Source: Candidatus Cloacimonadales bacterium (GTDB taxonomy: Bacteria; Cloacimonadota; Cloacimonadia; Cloacimonadales; JAIOQZ01). Taken from it: DNA of 64,000 nucleotides. The stretch spans positions 2,144,001 through 2,208,000 of the forward strand of contig OY771587.1 of NCBI GenBank assembly GCA_963674825.1, read 5' to 3'. Positions 49,014 through 57,904 of this stretch are shown piece by piece. Numbering within the stretch: the stretch's first letter is position 1; each line of letters opens with the position of its first letter. The translations under genes were made by a program, and so were the position numbers. The notes beneath the pieces are model-generated. The model worked only from the letters and a program-made list of their open reading frames with translations. It made no database searches and was not told the origin of the DNA.

Positions 49014-51398
49014 ATGAAATTGAGGCCTAAGCTTACTTTTACGTATATTCTAATCGTACTGTTTTCCATTTCGGTCATGGTTGTTCTCGGAACGGCTATC
49101 ATCGACCAGATCATGCATCAGATGATGCAGGAAACCCTTAAGCTACGCTTAACGCAGGTGATGGACCGGCTGCAAGATTACCATGCCATCCTGGAAGAGA
49201 CCGGTCTGAGCGAGATGGAGGGATTTCGCCAGCAGGCTGAAAATGAGGCAATCTACGGACTAAGCAACTATCGCTTCGGAGAGACCGGCATGCTACATAT
49301 CGTCAATATCGATCTCGATGTGGTTGTACCTCAGGACTTCAAGGCAAGCAAGAACTTCGATCCGAATTTCTTTCGGCGATTGATCTCGGAGAAATCAGGG
49401 CTTGTGGAGAGTCATGGACATCTGGGAACCGATCGCTTTACCATGTACGATACGTTTGAGCCATGGCACTGGCTGGTGATGATTTCTATCGAACGCAGCG
49501 AAATGTACCAGCACAAATATACGTACCTTTATCGCGTGATGCTAATCGCATTCCTGCTTCTTGTAATGACTTATTTCATTGCACGAACACTTTCTCGCAG
49601 GATCACCAGGCGAATTTACTACTTGCTTGGGTCAGTAAACGAGGTGGCGAAGGGGAATCTGGATGTCACGATCGAATCTGCGCCATGCGAGGATGAAATC
49701 TGTACCTTGCAGACAGGTATCGCTCAGATGCTTGATCAGATTACTCAACGGACGAAAGATCGCGAAAAAGCCGAGGATGCGCTGAAAGAATCGGAACGTC
49801 GACTATCTGATATCATCAATTTCCTTCCCGACCCCACGTTCGTTATTGACCTCGATCACCGCGTTATCTCCTGGAATCGCGCTATGGAAGAAATCAGCGG
49901 TATCCCGGCTGAGGATATGCTTGGGCTCTCACATTACGAATATGCACTCCCATTCTATAAAGAGAAGCGCCCAATTCTGATCGATTTGGTTCTGCGTCCT
50001 CGCGAAGATGTACACAAACAGTACAAGAATGCTTTCTGGCAGGGCAATACTCTGGTCGCCGAGACGGAAACCTACCTGAAAGGAAGCGATCAGGCAACCT
50101 ATATGATCGGCGCAGCCTGTGCGCTATATGACTCTAACGGCAGACTCGTTGGCGCTATTGAATCGATCAAGGATATCTCGCAGCGTAAGCAGATCGAAGA
50201 AGAAAAAGAGAAGCTTTCTCTCCAGCTCCAACGCTCACAAAAGATGGAGGCGATCGGTACGCTGGCCGGTGGTCTGGCCCATGATTTTAATAATGTGTTG
50301 GGCGGCATTAAAGGAACCGTGTCTTTACTGAAATACAACATGGAGAATGGCGAAAACACACCCGAGAAGTTCGAAGAACTCCTGAAACTGATCGATCATG
50401 CATCCGACCGGGCTGTGGATATGGTGGAACAGCTTTTGATGCTTTCGAAGAGGCAGAAGCTGTCGCTTGTGCCGGTCGATCTGAATAAAGCGCTGGAAAA
50501 CATCATCAAGATCTGTCACAACACGTTCGATAAATCGATTGATATCGATGTGCAGTATTACCGTAAACCGGCCATGACCATGGCGGATCCCACCCAGATC
50601 GAGCAAGTACTGCTGAACCTCGCGGTCAATGCGTCGCATGCGATGACACTCATGCGCGATAGGAAAGACGCCTATGGCGGTTCGTTCTATGTCAGTATCG
50701 GGAAGCAATATCTGGATAAGTACTTCACCTATTCTCACCCAAGCTGCAAGGAAGGCGAGTACTGGATCATCCGTGTGAAAGATACCGGTATCGGCATGGA
50801 TTCCTATACGCTCGCGAAGATCTTCGATCCCTTCTTCACGACCAAAGATCAGCAATATGGAACCGGTCTCGGTATGGCTATGGTGTACAATATTGTCTCG
50901 AACCATAAGGGATTTGTGGACGTCTATTCGGAAGTCGGTGTGGGGTCAACGTTCCTGATCTATTTGCCGGTACACATCGAGGAATCGGAAACCATCAAAA
51001 TACCCACCAAAAAGGCCGTGCTGTCCAGCGGTACCGAGACGGTCATGGTGGTCGATGACGAAGAGATTATGCGCAGTATCGCGCAGAGTATGTTGAAAGA
51101 GACGGGTTACACGGTAGTCTTGGCTGCCAGCGGCATAGAAGCGCTCGAAATTTACAGAGAGAAGCAAGACGAGATCGATATCATTGTTCTGGATATGGCG
51201 ATGCCAAAGATGTCCGGGAAGGAAACCTACATCGAGCTGAAGAAGATTAATCCAGATGTCAAAGTACTTCTCGCGTCGGGTTTCCGGCAGGATCAGCGAG
51301 TACAGGAAGCGCTGGATATGGGAATCAACGGTTTCCTGCAAAAGCCGTATGTCATCAGCGACCTTACCAACATGATCCGTGGTATCTTAGAGAGCTGA
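49014..51398 (+). CDS. Hybrid sensor histidine kinase (TM-Cache-TM-HAMP-PAS-HisKA-HATPase-REC)
   Basis: PAS IINFLPDPTF..WNRAME; QKMEAIGTLAGGLAHDFNN; DTGIGM; GTGLG; VVDDE, LDMAMP, FLQKPY. Confidence 0.92.
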   Translation: MKLRPKLTFTYILIVLFSISVMVVLGTAIIDQIMHQMMQETLKLRLTQVMDRLQDYHAILEETGLSEMEGFRQQAENEAIYGLSNYRFGETGMLHIVNIDLDVVVPQDFKASKNFDPNFFRRLISEKSGLVESHGHLGTDRFTMYDTFEPWHWLVMISIERSEMYQHKYTYLYRVMLIAFLLLVMTYFIARTLSRRITRRIYYLLGSVNEVAKGNLDVTIESAPCEDEICTLQTGIAQMLDQITQRTKDREKAEDALKESERRLSDIINFLPDPTFVIDLDHRVISWNRAMEEISGIPAEDMLGLSHYEYALPFYKEKRPILIDLVLRPREDVHKQYKNAFWQGNTLVAETETYLKGSDQATYMIGAACALYDSNGRLVGAIESIKDISQRKQIEEEKEKLSLQLQRSQKMEAIGTLAGGLAHDFNNVLGGIKGTVSLLKYNMENGENTPEKFEELLKLIDHASDRAVDMVEQLLMLSKRQKLSLVPVDLNKALENIIKICHNTFDKSIDIDVQYYRKPAMTMADPTQIEQVLLNLAVNASHAMTLMRDRKDAYGGSFYVSIGKQYLDKYFTYSHPSCKEGEYWIIRVKDTGIGMDSYTLAKIFDPFFTTKDQQYGTGLGMAMVYNIVSNHKGFVDVYSEVGVGSTFLIYLPVHIEESETIKIPTKKAVLSSGTETVMVVDDEEIMRSIAQSMLKETGYTVVLAASGIEALEIYREKQDEIDIIVLDMAMPKMSGKETYIELKKINPDVKVLLASGFRQDQRVQEALDMGINGFLQKPYVISDLTNMIRGILES

Positions 51399-52274
51399 TC
51401 GAACACGCTGAATCAGGATTCCGCCAACGATAAACAGCAGGCCGACAATCGTCGAGAAGTGGATCGCCTCGCCAAGCACGAGATTGATTACAATCAAGGA
51501 GATGAAGGGCGTGACATAAATCAGGTTCGCGATCCGCGCGGTGTGCTTTGCTGTGCTGAGCGCTTTGAGCCATACCACGAATGTCAGGCCCATCTCGAAA
51601 AGCCCGATATAGACATCTCCCGCAAGACCTTGCCAGCCCGGTAACGTCAATCCTCCGACGATCAGATGGTAGATGAGGATGAAGATCGTTCCGAATACGA
51701 AATTGAGGAAGAGCTTCAGCGTCTCGTCGCGATGGTCACGCAGATTGAAAATCCAGAACAGCGCCCATAGCAGCGAAGATCCCACCGCCAGCGACACGCC
51801 CGTGACATTACTGAAGTGCATCGAAGCAAGATTACCTTTCACCGCGATGAAAAGCACGCCGAAGAAGCTCAGTACCACGCCCACCAGGTCCATCGCCGAA
51901 ACTTTCTTCTTCAGCAGCGGAATGGAAAGCAGCACCATCACGACGCCCCATGTGTAATTCAAAACCTGGGCTTCCTGTGCCTGAAGAAGATTGTAGGCCT
52001 TGAAAAGAACGAGATAGTATGCGAATGGATTGAGCAGCCCGAGTGTCATGGAACGCATAATATCGCCGCGCGATTGAGATCTCAAGAGGTGCAGCTTTTT
52101 CTGAGCGATCAGGATAACGAACAGGACGATCGTCGATGTCAGCGACGAATAGAAGAGCATTACCGACGGTGCCTGGTAGTTCAGCGAAAGCTTGAACGCC
52201 GATGAAACCGTTGACCAGAGTGCGATAGCGACCAGGCCGTAGAAATATGCGTTGTTCCGCCACGAACCTTTCAT
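51387..52274 (-). CDS. DMT/EamA-family transporter
   Basis: About 10 hydrophobic helices; LWSTV..AFK, GLLNPF.YY, LNYTW, Y.GLFEMG, LGE. Confidence 0.85.
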   Translation of the reverse strand: MKGSWRNNAYFYGLVAIALWSTVSSAFKLSLNYQAPSVMLFYSSLTSTIVLFVILIAQKKLHLLRSQSRGDIMRSMTLGLLNPFAYYLVLFKAYNLLQAQEAQVLNYTWGVVMVLLSIPLLKKKVSAMDLVGVVLSFFGVLFIAVKGNLASMHFSNVTGVSLAVGSSLLWALFWIFNLRDHRDETLKLFLNFVFGTIFILIYHLIVGGLTLPGWQGLAGDVYIGLFEMGLTFVVWLKALSTAKHTARIANLIYVTPFISLIVINLVLGEAIHFSTIVGLLFIVGGILIQRVRSAL

Positions 52275-52442
52275 TCTTTCTCCGTGTTCTCGATACTGTG
52301 AATCGATAGCGCGTAGCCGTCCGGTTCTGTAAAGAGAAAACTGAGGATACCCGGTCTTTTTCGATGCCGCAATATTCGGTATAATTAAACTTGACGCATA
52401 GTAAGAATTGGATAGATCCTCGAACATCGTCAGGAGGGTACC

Positions 52443-54062
52443 ATGCGATACCTTTGTATAGCCATCTTACTCACTATTAACGTTCTTTTAATTGCCAACA
52501 ACCAGCTCGATATTGTATGGCAGCAACACGGTGAACAAGCAAACGACAATTTTGGCATGAATGTCGTAGCTCTTGATTTCAACGGTGACAATATTGACGA
52601 TCTGGCTGTGACAGCTTACCGTTACTATCTTGATGCGGAACATACCAATCAAAGAGGCAGGCTATACATATATTTTGGCTCTGATGATGGATTAGCTGAT
52701 TCAGCAGATATTACTATTTCGACTCCTGTCGATACAAGTAAAGCATACATTGATTCATGGATATTCTTAGAGAACCTTGGCGACATGAACGGTGACAATT
52801 GCGATGATTTGGGATATCGTCATGCCTATGGAACATACGATGGGGGTTATCATTACTATAACTTCATTGGCATAATGCTCGGCAGCACCATAAACGACAC
52901 GATCCAGGATTATACATTCGATGCAAGTACATCAAGCTGCGAAATTCATTCACTCGGCGACATCAACGGCGACGGGTACGACGACGCGGGTGTAACGGAA
53001 GAAAAAAGCAACCATCTCACCTACTCGATCATCTACGGTGGCAGCTTCGAGAAGGTGGTGTTTGTTGACAGCATCTATACGCATAATGGACGTGGATTCC
53101 GAGGACTTGGTGACGTGAACAATGACGGCTACGATGATTTCAGCTATTATTACGAGGGGGATTATGTTGATAATACCGATGGAACCAATACGTACTATCA
53201 CTATGATCGCTTCTTCTGGGGCGGAACCATACAGGACACGATCCCGGATGCATCGCTCGATTATGAAAGACGTACATATGGTACTTCAAATTGGTATGAG
53301 CTTACACCTGCAGGCGACTGGGATGGAGATGGATATGACGATTTTGCATTCACCTATTATGATATCGACGAAGAATTCACTGCCCTTGGTACCCGTTTGT
53401 GGCGAGGCGGTGAAACGATCGATTGGGATCGATATACGTATATTGAGACATACAATTTTTTCAGACCAGCAGTAGGAGATATTAACGGAGACCAGAAGAT
53501 TGACTACGTTGATACTTATCCAACGGAATATGGGGGATGCCTTTATTTCTATCTCGGTAATCAAAACGGAACAAAGGATTATGATGAATTCGATGGGCAT
53601 TATGGTTATGGTCCCAGCGCTGTCGGAGATTTCAATAATGATGGATTCGATGACATTGCTGTGGGGGCTTGGGGGCAGAACTGGGATAATCCAAACAACT
53701 ATGGCGATGTCTATGTCTATGGCGGCCATGCCGGATTAGTTGAACAAGATCCGACACCGATTGACGACGAGACCGTGCCACCTCCGGATATCACGTTCAA
53801 TGCCTACCCCAATCCGTTCAATCCGGAGGTGTCGTTCGAGATCAAGACGGATACCGAATATCATGATTTGACGATAGAAATCTATAATATACGAGGGCAA
53901 AAGGTGGAAACCCTCTTCACCCCCCTGATAAGGGGGGACAAAGGGGGGTTATCTTCAACCATCACCTGGAATGCCGGAAATCATGCGAGCGGGGTCTACT
54001 TCTGTAAGCTAAGGATGGACGGACATGTCATCCAGACGAAGAAGGTTACGTTGATGAAATAG
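52443..54062 (+). CDS. Secreted FG-GAP protein with CTD; paralog of 6096..7670
   Basis: ALDFNGD..DDLAVTA, NLGDMNGD.C.DLG, GDFNNDGFDDIAVGA; AYPNPFNP CTD. Confidence 0.88.
   Translation: MRYLCIAILLTINVLLIANNQLDIVWQQHGEQANDNFGMNVVALDFNGDNIDDLAVTAYRYYLDAEHTNQRGRLYIYFGSDDGLADSADITISTPVDTSKAYIDSWIFLENLGDMNGDNCDDLGYRHAYGTYDGGYHYYNFIGIMLGSTINDTIQDYTFDASTSSCEIHSLGDINGDGYDDAGVTEEKSNHLTYSIIYGGSFEKVVFVDSIYTHNGRGFRGLGDVNNDGYDDFSYYYEGDYVDNTDGTNTYYHYDRFFWGGTIQDTIPDASLDYERRTYGTSNWYELTPAGDWDGDGYDDFAFTYYDIDEEFTALGTRLWRGGETIDWDRYTYIETYNFFRPAVGDINGDQKIDYVDTYPTEYGGCLYFYLGNQNGTKDYDEFDGHYGYGPSAVGDFNNDGFDDIAVGAWGQNWDNPNNYGDVYVYGGHAGLVEQDPTPIDDETVPPPDITFNAYPNPFNPEVSFEIKTDTEYHDLTIEIYNIRGQKVETLFTPLIRGDKGGLSSTITWNAGNHASGVYFCKLRMDGHVIQTKKVTLMK
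53920..53948. repeat. REP-like palindrome inside coding sequence
   Basis: CCCCCCT-GATA-AGGGGGG-ACAAA-GGGGGG, read in frame as TPLIRGDKGG. Confidence 0.7.
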
Positions 54063-54165
54063 TGCATTAAATCATCAGATCATCACAATCACTTCGTGAT
54101 TACTTAGCATGTCATACTGTTATTCTGTGTCACCCTGAGCTTCTCGAAGCACGACACGGCTGTAG

Positions 54166-54194
54166 AAAAAGAAAGGCAGGCCCGTTGACCTGCC
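54166..54194 (-). terminator. Intrinsic terminator
   Basis: GGCAGG/CCTGCC stem, followed on the minus strand by TTTCTTTTT. Confidence 0.65.
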
Positions 54195-54213
54195 CTAAGA
54201 AGAATTGGAATAA

Positions 54214-57200
54214 CTATTTAACTGCCCTGACAACATAGAACAAGCGTTCGCCGTTGTATGGCAGGAAGCAGCTTGTATCAACCGCGTTTTGCACGAAGTT
54301 GGTGAATTCGCCTTCCGGATCGATATCGGAGTAGATATTGTAGCTGGTCGCGCCTTCAACGGGCTGCCAGTTCAGGAGATAACCGCTATCGACCTCCTCT
54401 ATGACCAACCAGGACGGTGCTGCCGGAGCCGGATTTTCTTCCTGATAGAGTTCCATGATCTCCGCCTCGAGCAGCGCTCGGTTGTACATACGAATATCGT
54501 CGATATCACCGTCGAAATAGCGTCCACCAGGCTGCCAGCGAGCGATGTTGAGCTGGGGATTGACGTAGTTGATTTCATCGGTCGATGCCACGAGCTGGTC
54601 TTGCATGACCCCGTTTATGTATGTGGAGAGAACATTTCCCGATTTCATGCATACGACATGTGTCCACTCGTTAAAAGGCAGATCGAAATATGCAGAACCC
54701 TGCGGAGCTGTTCCAAGATGGTATCGTCCATCGCTCTCGTTGAACTGCACCACCCAATTGACGGTGTCAGTGTGATTATTGTCGATGATGGCGGTGTAGA
54801 AATAATTGATCTGATCCTGATTGACCCAGAAAGAAAGGGTGAAATCGTCGTATGTGAACCAGCTTCCGCAGGTCATGTAGTCGTCGATACCATCGAAGTT
54901 GTAGCAACCGCCTGCGTTTCCGAAGCGATCGATTCCCTCTGCTGGATTACCGAATGGCGTGGCATTGTGGTAATTACCGCTATAGTCCAGCGCGTCGCCA
55001 TTGAATGGATACCAGGCGACCAGCCCTTCGCTGGTGTCGGTGTCGGCCACGTGGATGTCTCGGGAAAGTCCTTCGCCGGTCATGCAGTTGTAGGTTCCTT
55101 TGCGGATATCGGACATGCCGACGTCCCATGTCAGGATGGATGTCAATTCCCCGCTGAACGCTGGATTCTCGGATGTAATGCCGACATTATCCACGTACCA
55201 CTGGAAGGGGCCTGTCAGGATTTCCGAGAAGAATCGAACGGTCCCGGAGATGGGGTTACCGCTCTGCAAGACGATCCACTGCTCTTCGTTGCCTTTGACA
55301 TCGACACGGTTGTTTGTCCACGTACCGTTTTGGGTGGCATCTCCAAACAGATTGACGTACAGCCAGTATCCGCCAGGGTTGTTACGGATGATCCCATTGT
55401 TGATAATATCTCCAAAGAAATCTACCTCGCAAGTGTTCCAGGAGAAGTTTTGCAGCGTTCCGTTTAGCACTACATCTCCCATGAAATCGACATTGCTGTC
55501 GGCTACCTGAATGATCCCGTCCAGGTTTACATCCATTAAATCGAGGTTCTGGATATAAGCGTTACCGGACATGGAGAGGTTTGCGCCGTTGGTTTCGATT
55601 ACTCCTTCCATCATGTGACCGCCATTGAGCGTCAAAGTGCTGCCATTCAGCATATTGAATGTGCAATTGTTAAGGTCGATGGTTGTGTTGATGAACTGAA
55701 CGCTCGAATCGAGATAGATATCGATTGGAATCGCAGGACCGTGGAAGTAAGTGATCCCCAGAGTGCCTTCATTGCTGCATGTGATGTGTTGATCCGTCGA
55801 TCCCTGCATATAGAAGTTAAAGGGAGCGATAGGGCCGTTGTTCTCGAAGTCGCCGTAGAGATTGATATTGAGATTGTAACCCAAGGGGCTGCTCTCGATG
55901 GTTCCGTTGTTGATCAGATTATTGTGAAACCAGACTGCATAGGAATTGTTGGATAGATTTCGCAGAATACCGTGGTTCACCAGATCCCCATAGAAATGGA
56001 CATTGCCATCGGAAATCAGCGTAGTTCCGTCGAGCTGTGCGTCGTACAAGTTGAGCGCTTTAATACGGGTGTTGCTCTCGCAGTATATCATTGCTTCGTC
56101 TGCTTCGATAGTTCCATCATAGAGCTGGCAATTGGTGAGAGACAGGGTATCGCCGTTTCCCAGAAAAAGCGAATTACCGTTGAGATCGATCTGAGAATTG
56201 ATGAACGAGATATCGCCGACGAAATTGATTGATCCACCACTGGTGTTACCGTGGAATATGTAGGCCGTGAAGGGGTCTCCGCCCGGTGCGGACAGTTCCT
56301 GTTCACTGGATGTCATATACCAGTTGTAGATATTCCAGGTACCGTTATTTTCGATATTTCCGGCGATATTGAGATTCAGGTAGTATCCGGCAGGGCTGTT
56401 GCGAATCGTTCCGTTATTGATAAAGTCTCCATCGATATTGAGTGTGTAACTATTGTTCGAGAAGTTCTGCAGAATACCGTCGTTGATTACGGACGTCATA
56501 AGGGTGACATTATTACCGTATATCTGTGTTGTGCCAGTGAGATAGATCGTATCAATGGTTAGGGCTTCGAACCGACATGTATTTTCTGAGTTGATTGTGG
56601 CCTGGTTACCGGTGACCACTGACTCGGATAAGATGCAGTGATCGAGGTCCAGGGTGTTTCCATATTGCAATTCGAGGTAGCAGCCATTCAAGTCGATATC
56701 GGTGTTTATGAAGGAGATATCGGTATCGAACGTCAAGGTCGCGTCGCTCGAAGTGCCATAAAAGTAGTCAATTGCAAAGGGAGTACCGTCTTCAGAGCCA
56801 ATGTGCTGATCGAGACCCATGAGATAGATACGATAAAGATCGACATTGCCGAAGTTGTTGAAGTCGCTGTAAAGGTATAATGTCAGGTAGCTTCCGAGTG
56901 GGTTGTTCCTGAGTGTTCCCTCGTTAATGAGTGTTCCGTGGAAGTTGACCGAATAGGAACTTCCAGAATGATTTCGGATATCGCCGTAGTTGAAGATATC
57001 ACCATACAGATCGACGTTGTTGGCGAAATTGATTACGCCGTACAGGTGGCCGTCGGTGATGCTGCTGTTTTGAATATATCCCGAAGATGTCATGGTCAGG
57101 TTGTTGTAATCCAGATGCAGGTCGATCTCTTTTACATATAAAGCGTTTTCAATACTGATATTGTATGCTGTCATATACAGCGAGTGATTGTTGAAGTCAA

Positions 57201-57699
57201 ACGAGCTGTTCTGGAAATTGAGATCGGATTGCGCAATGACATCTCCGGCGGTCTTGTCATTATAGATGTAGCTGGAAGTAACCGGTTGTGTCATGGTTAC
57301 GTTCTGCGTGTTACAGCCGGTAAAATAGAGCTGATAGATCGAAAAGACACCGTTGTTCTCGAGGTTCCCGTGGAGATTGATGTTGAACAGGTATCCGCCG
57401 GGGTTATTCTGCAGTGTTCCGTTATTAACGAGATTGCCAGTGATGGTCAGTGTATACGAGTAGTTATAGTTAGTCAGACTTCCGCCGGCGTCAATGGCCA
57501 AATCCGCGCAGGTTCGGTTGTCTGCTGTTACGGGGCCGGTGATTACCACGTTATCGGTGCTTGCTGGGACAATATTGCCGACCCAAGTCGCCTCATTTCC
57601 CCAGAATCCGCCAGTTGGCTGCGAGTAGATGGTTTCAGCGTAAAGAAATCCTGTTAGAATGGGTAATAGCAAGTATGCGAAAGATAATGCTTTTCTCAC
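54214..57699 (-). CDS. Large secreted Asn-rich beta-solenoid repeat protein with LamG domain and FN3-like tail
   Basis: Signal peptide (GTG start, AAGGAG); five long repeats with INNG.(L/I).NNPxGY; GLVAWYPFNG..DRFGN..FDG LamG; LNWQPVEGATSYNIYS..FYVVRA. Confidence 0.85.
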   Translation of the reverse strand: MRKALSFAYLLLPILTGFLYAETIYSQPTGGFWGNEATWVGNIVPASTDNVVITGPVTADNRTCADLAIDAGGSLTNYNYSYTLTITGNLVNNGTLQNNPGGYLFNINLHGNLENNGVFSIYQLYFTGCNTQNVTMTQPVTSSYIYNDKTAGDVIAQSDLNFQNSSFDFNNHSLYMTAYNISIENALYVKEIDLHLDYNNLTMTSSGYIQNSSITDGHLYGVINFANNVDLYGDIFNYGDIRNHSGSSYSVNFHGTLINEGTLRNNPLGSYLTLYLYSDFNNFGNVDLYRIYLMGLDQHIGSEDGTPFAIDYFYGTSSDATLTFDTDISFINTDIDLNGCYLELQYGNTLDLDHCILSESVVTGNQATINSENTCRFEALTIDTIYLTGTTQIYGNNVTLMTSVINDGILQNFSNNSYTLNIDGDFINNGTIRNSPAGYYLNLNIAGNIENNGTWNIYNWYMTSSEQELSAPGGDPFTAYIFHGNTSGGSINFVGDISFINSQIDLNGNSLFLGNGDTLSLTNCQLYDGTIEADEAMIYCESNTRIKALNLYDAQLDGTTLISDGNVHFYGDLVNHGILRNLSNNSYAVWFHNNLINNGTIESSPLGYNLNINLYGDFENNGPIAPFNFYMQGSTDQHITCSNEGTLGITYFHGPAIPIDIYLDSSVQFINTTIDLNNCTFNMLNGSTLTLNGGHMMEGVIETNGANLSMSGNAYIQNLDLMDVNLDGIIQVADSNVDFMGDVVLNGTLQNFSWNTCEVDFFGDIINNGIIRNNPGGYWLYVNLFGDATQNGTWTNNRVDVKGNEEQWIVLQSGNPISGTVRFFSEILTGPFQWYVDNVGITSENPAFSGELTSILTWDVGMSDIRKGTYNCMTGEGLSRDIHVADTDTSEGLVAWYPFNGDALDYSGNYHNATPFGNPAEGIDRFGNAGGCYNFDGIDDYMTCGSWFTYDDFTLSFWVNQDQINYFYTAIIDNNHTDTVNWVVQFNESDGRYHLGTAPQGSAYFDLPFNEWTHVVCMKSGNVLSTYINGVMQDQLVASTDEINYVNPQLNIARWQPGGRYFDGDIDDIRMYNRALLEAEIMELYQEENPAPAAPSWLVIEEVDSGYLLNWQPVEGATSYNIYSDIDPEGEFTNFVQNAVDTSCFLPYNGERLFYVVRAVK

Positions 57700-57862
57700 A
57701 TGTGCTCCTTATTTTCATCCTCTCGAAGTGAATGTGTAGTTATGTGCAATTATTGACGAGAAAACGTGTATGTCAAAACAATTTAGCGAATTTATAAGAT
57801 ACGGTGAAGTCGTTAAAGCCTAGAAACAAGAAAAATTGGTTGACAAACGAGTGTGTATGGAT

Positions 57863-57893
57863 GATATTGAGAATGATAATCATTCTCAATATC
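57863..57893. promoter_or_regulatory. Fur box within a perfect 15-1-15 inverted repeat
   Basis: GATATTGAGAATGAT-A-ATCATTCTCAATATC; core GAGAATGATAATCATTCTC matches 17/19 of the classical Fur box; TTGACA at 57840. Confidence 0.9.
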
Positions 57894-57904
57894 GAGGAGT
57901 CGGA

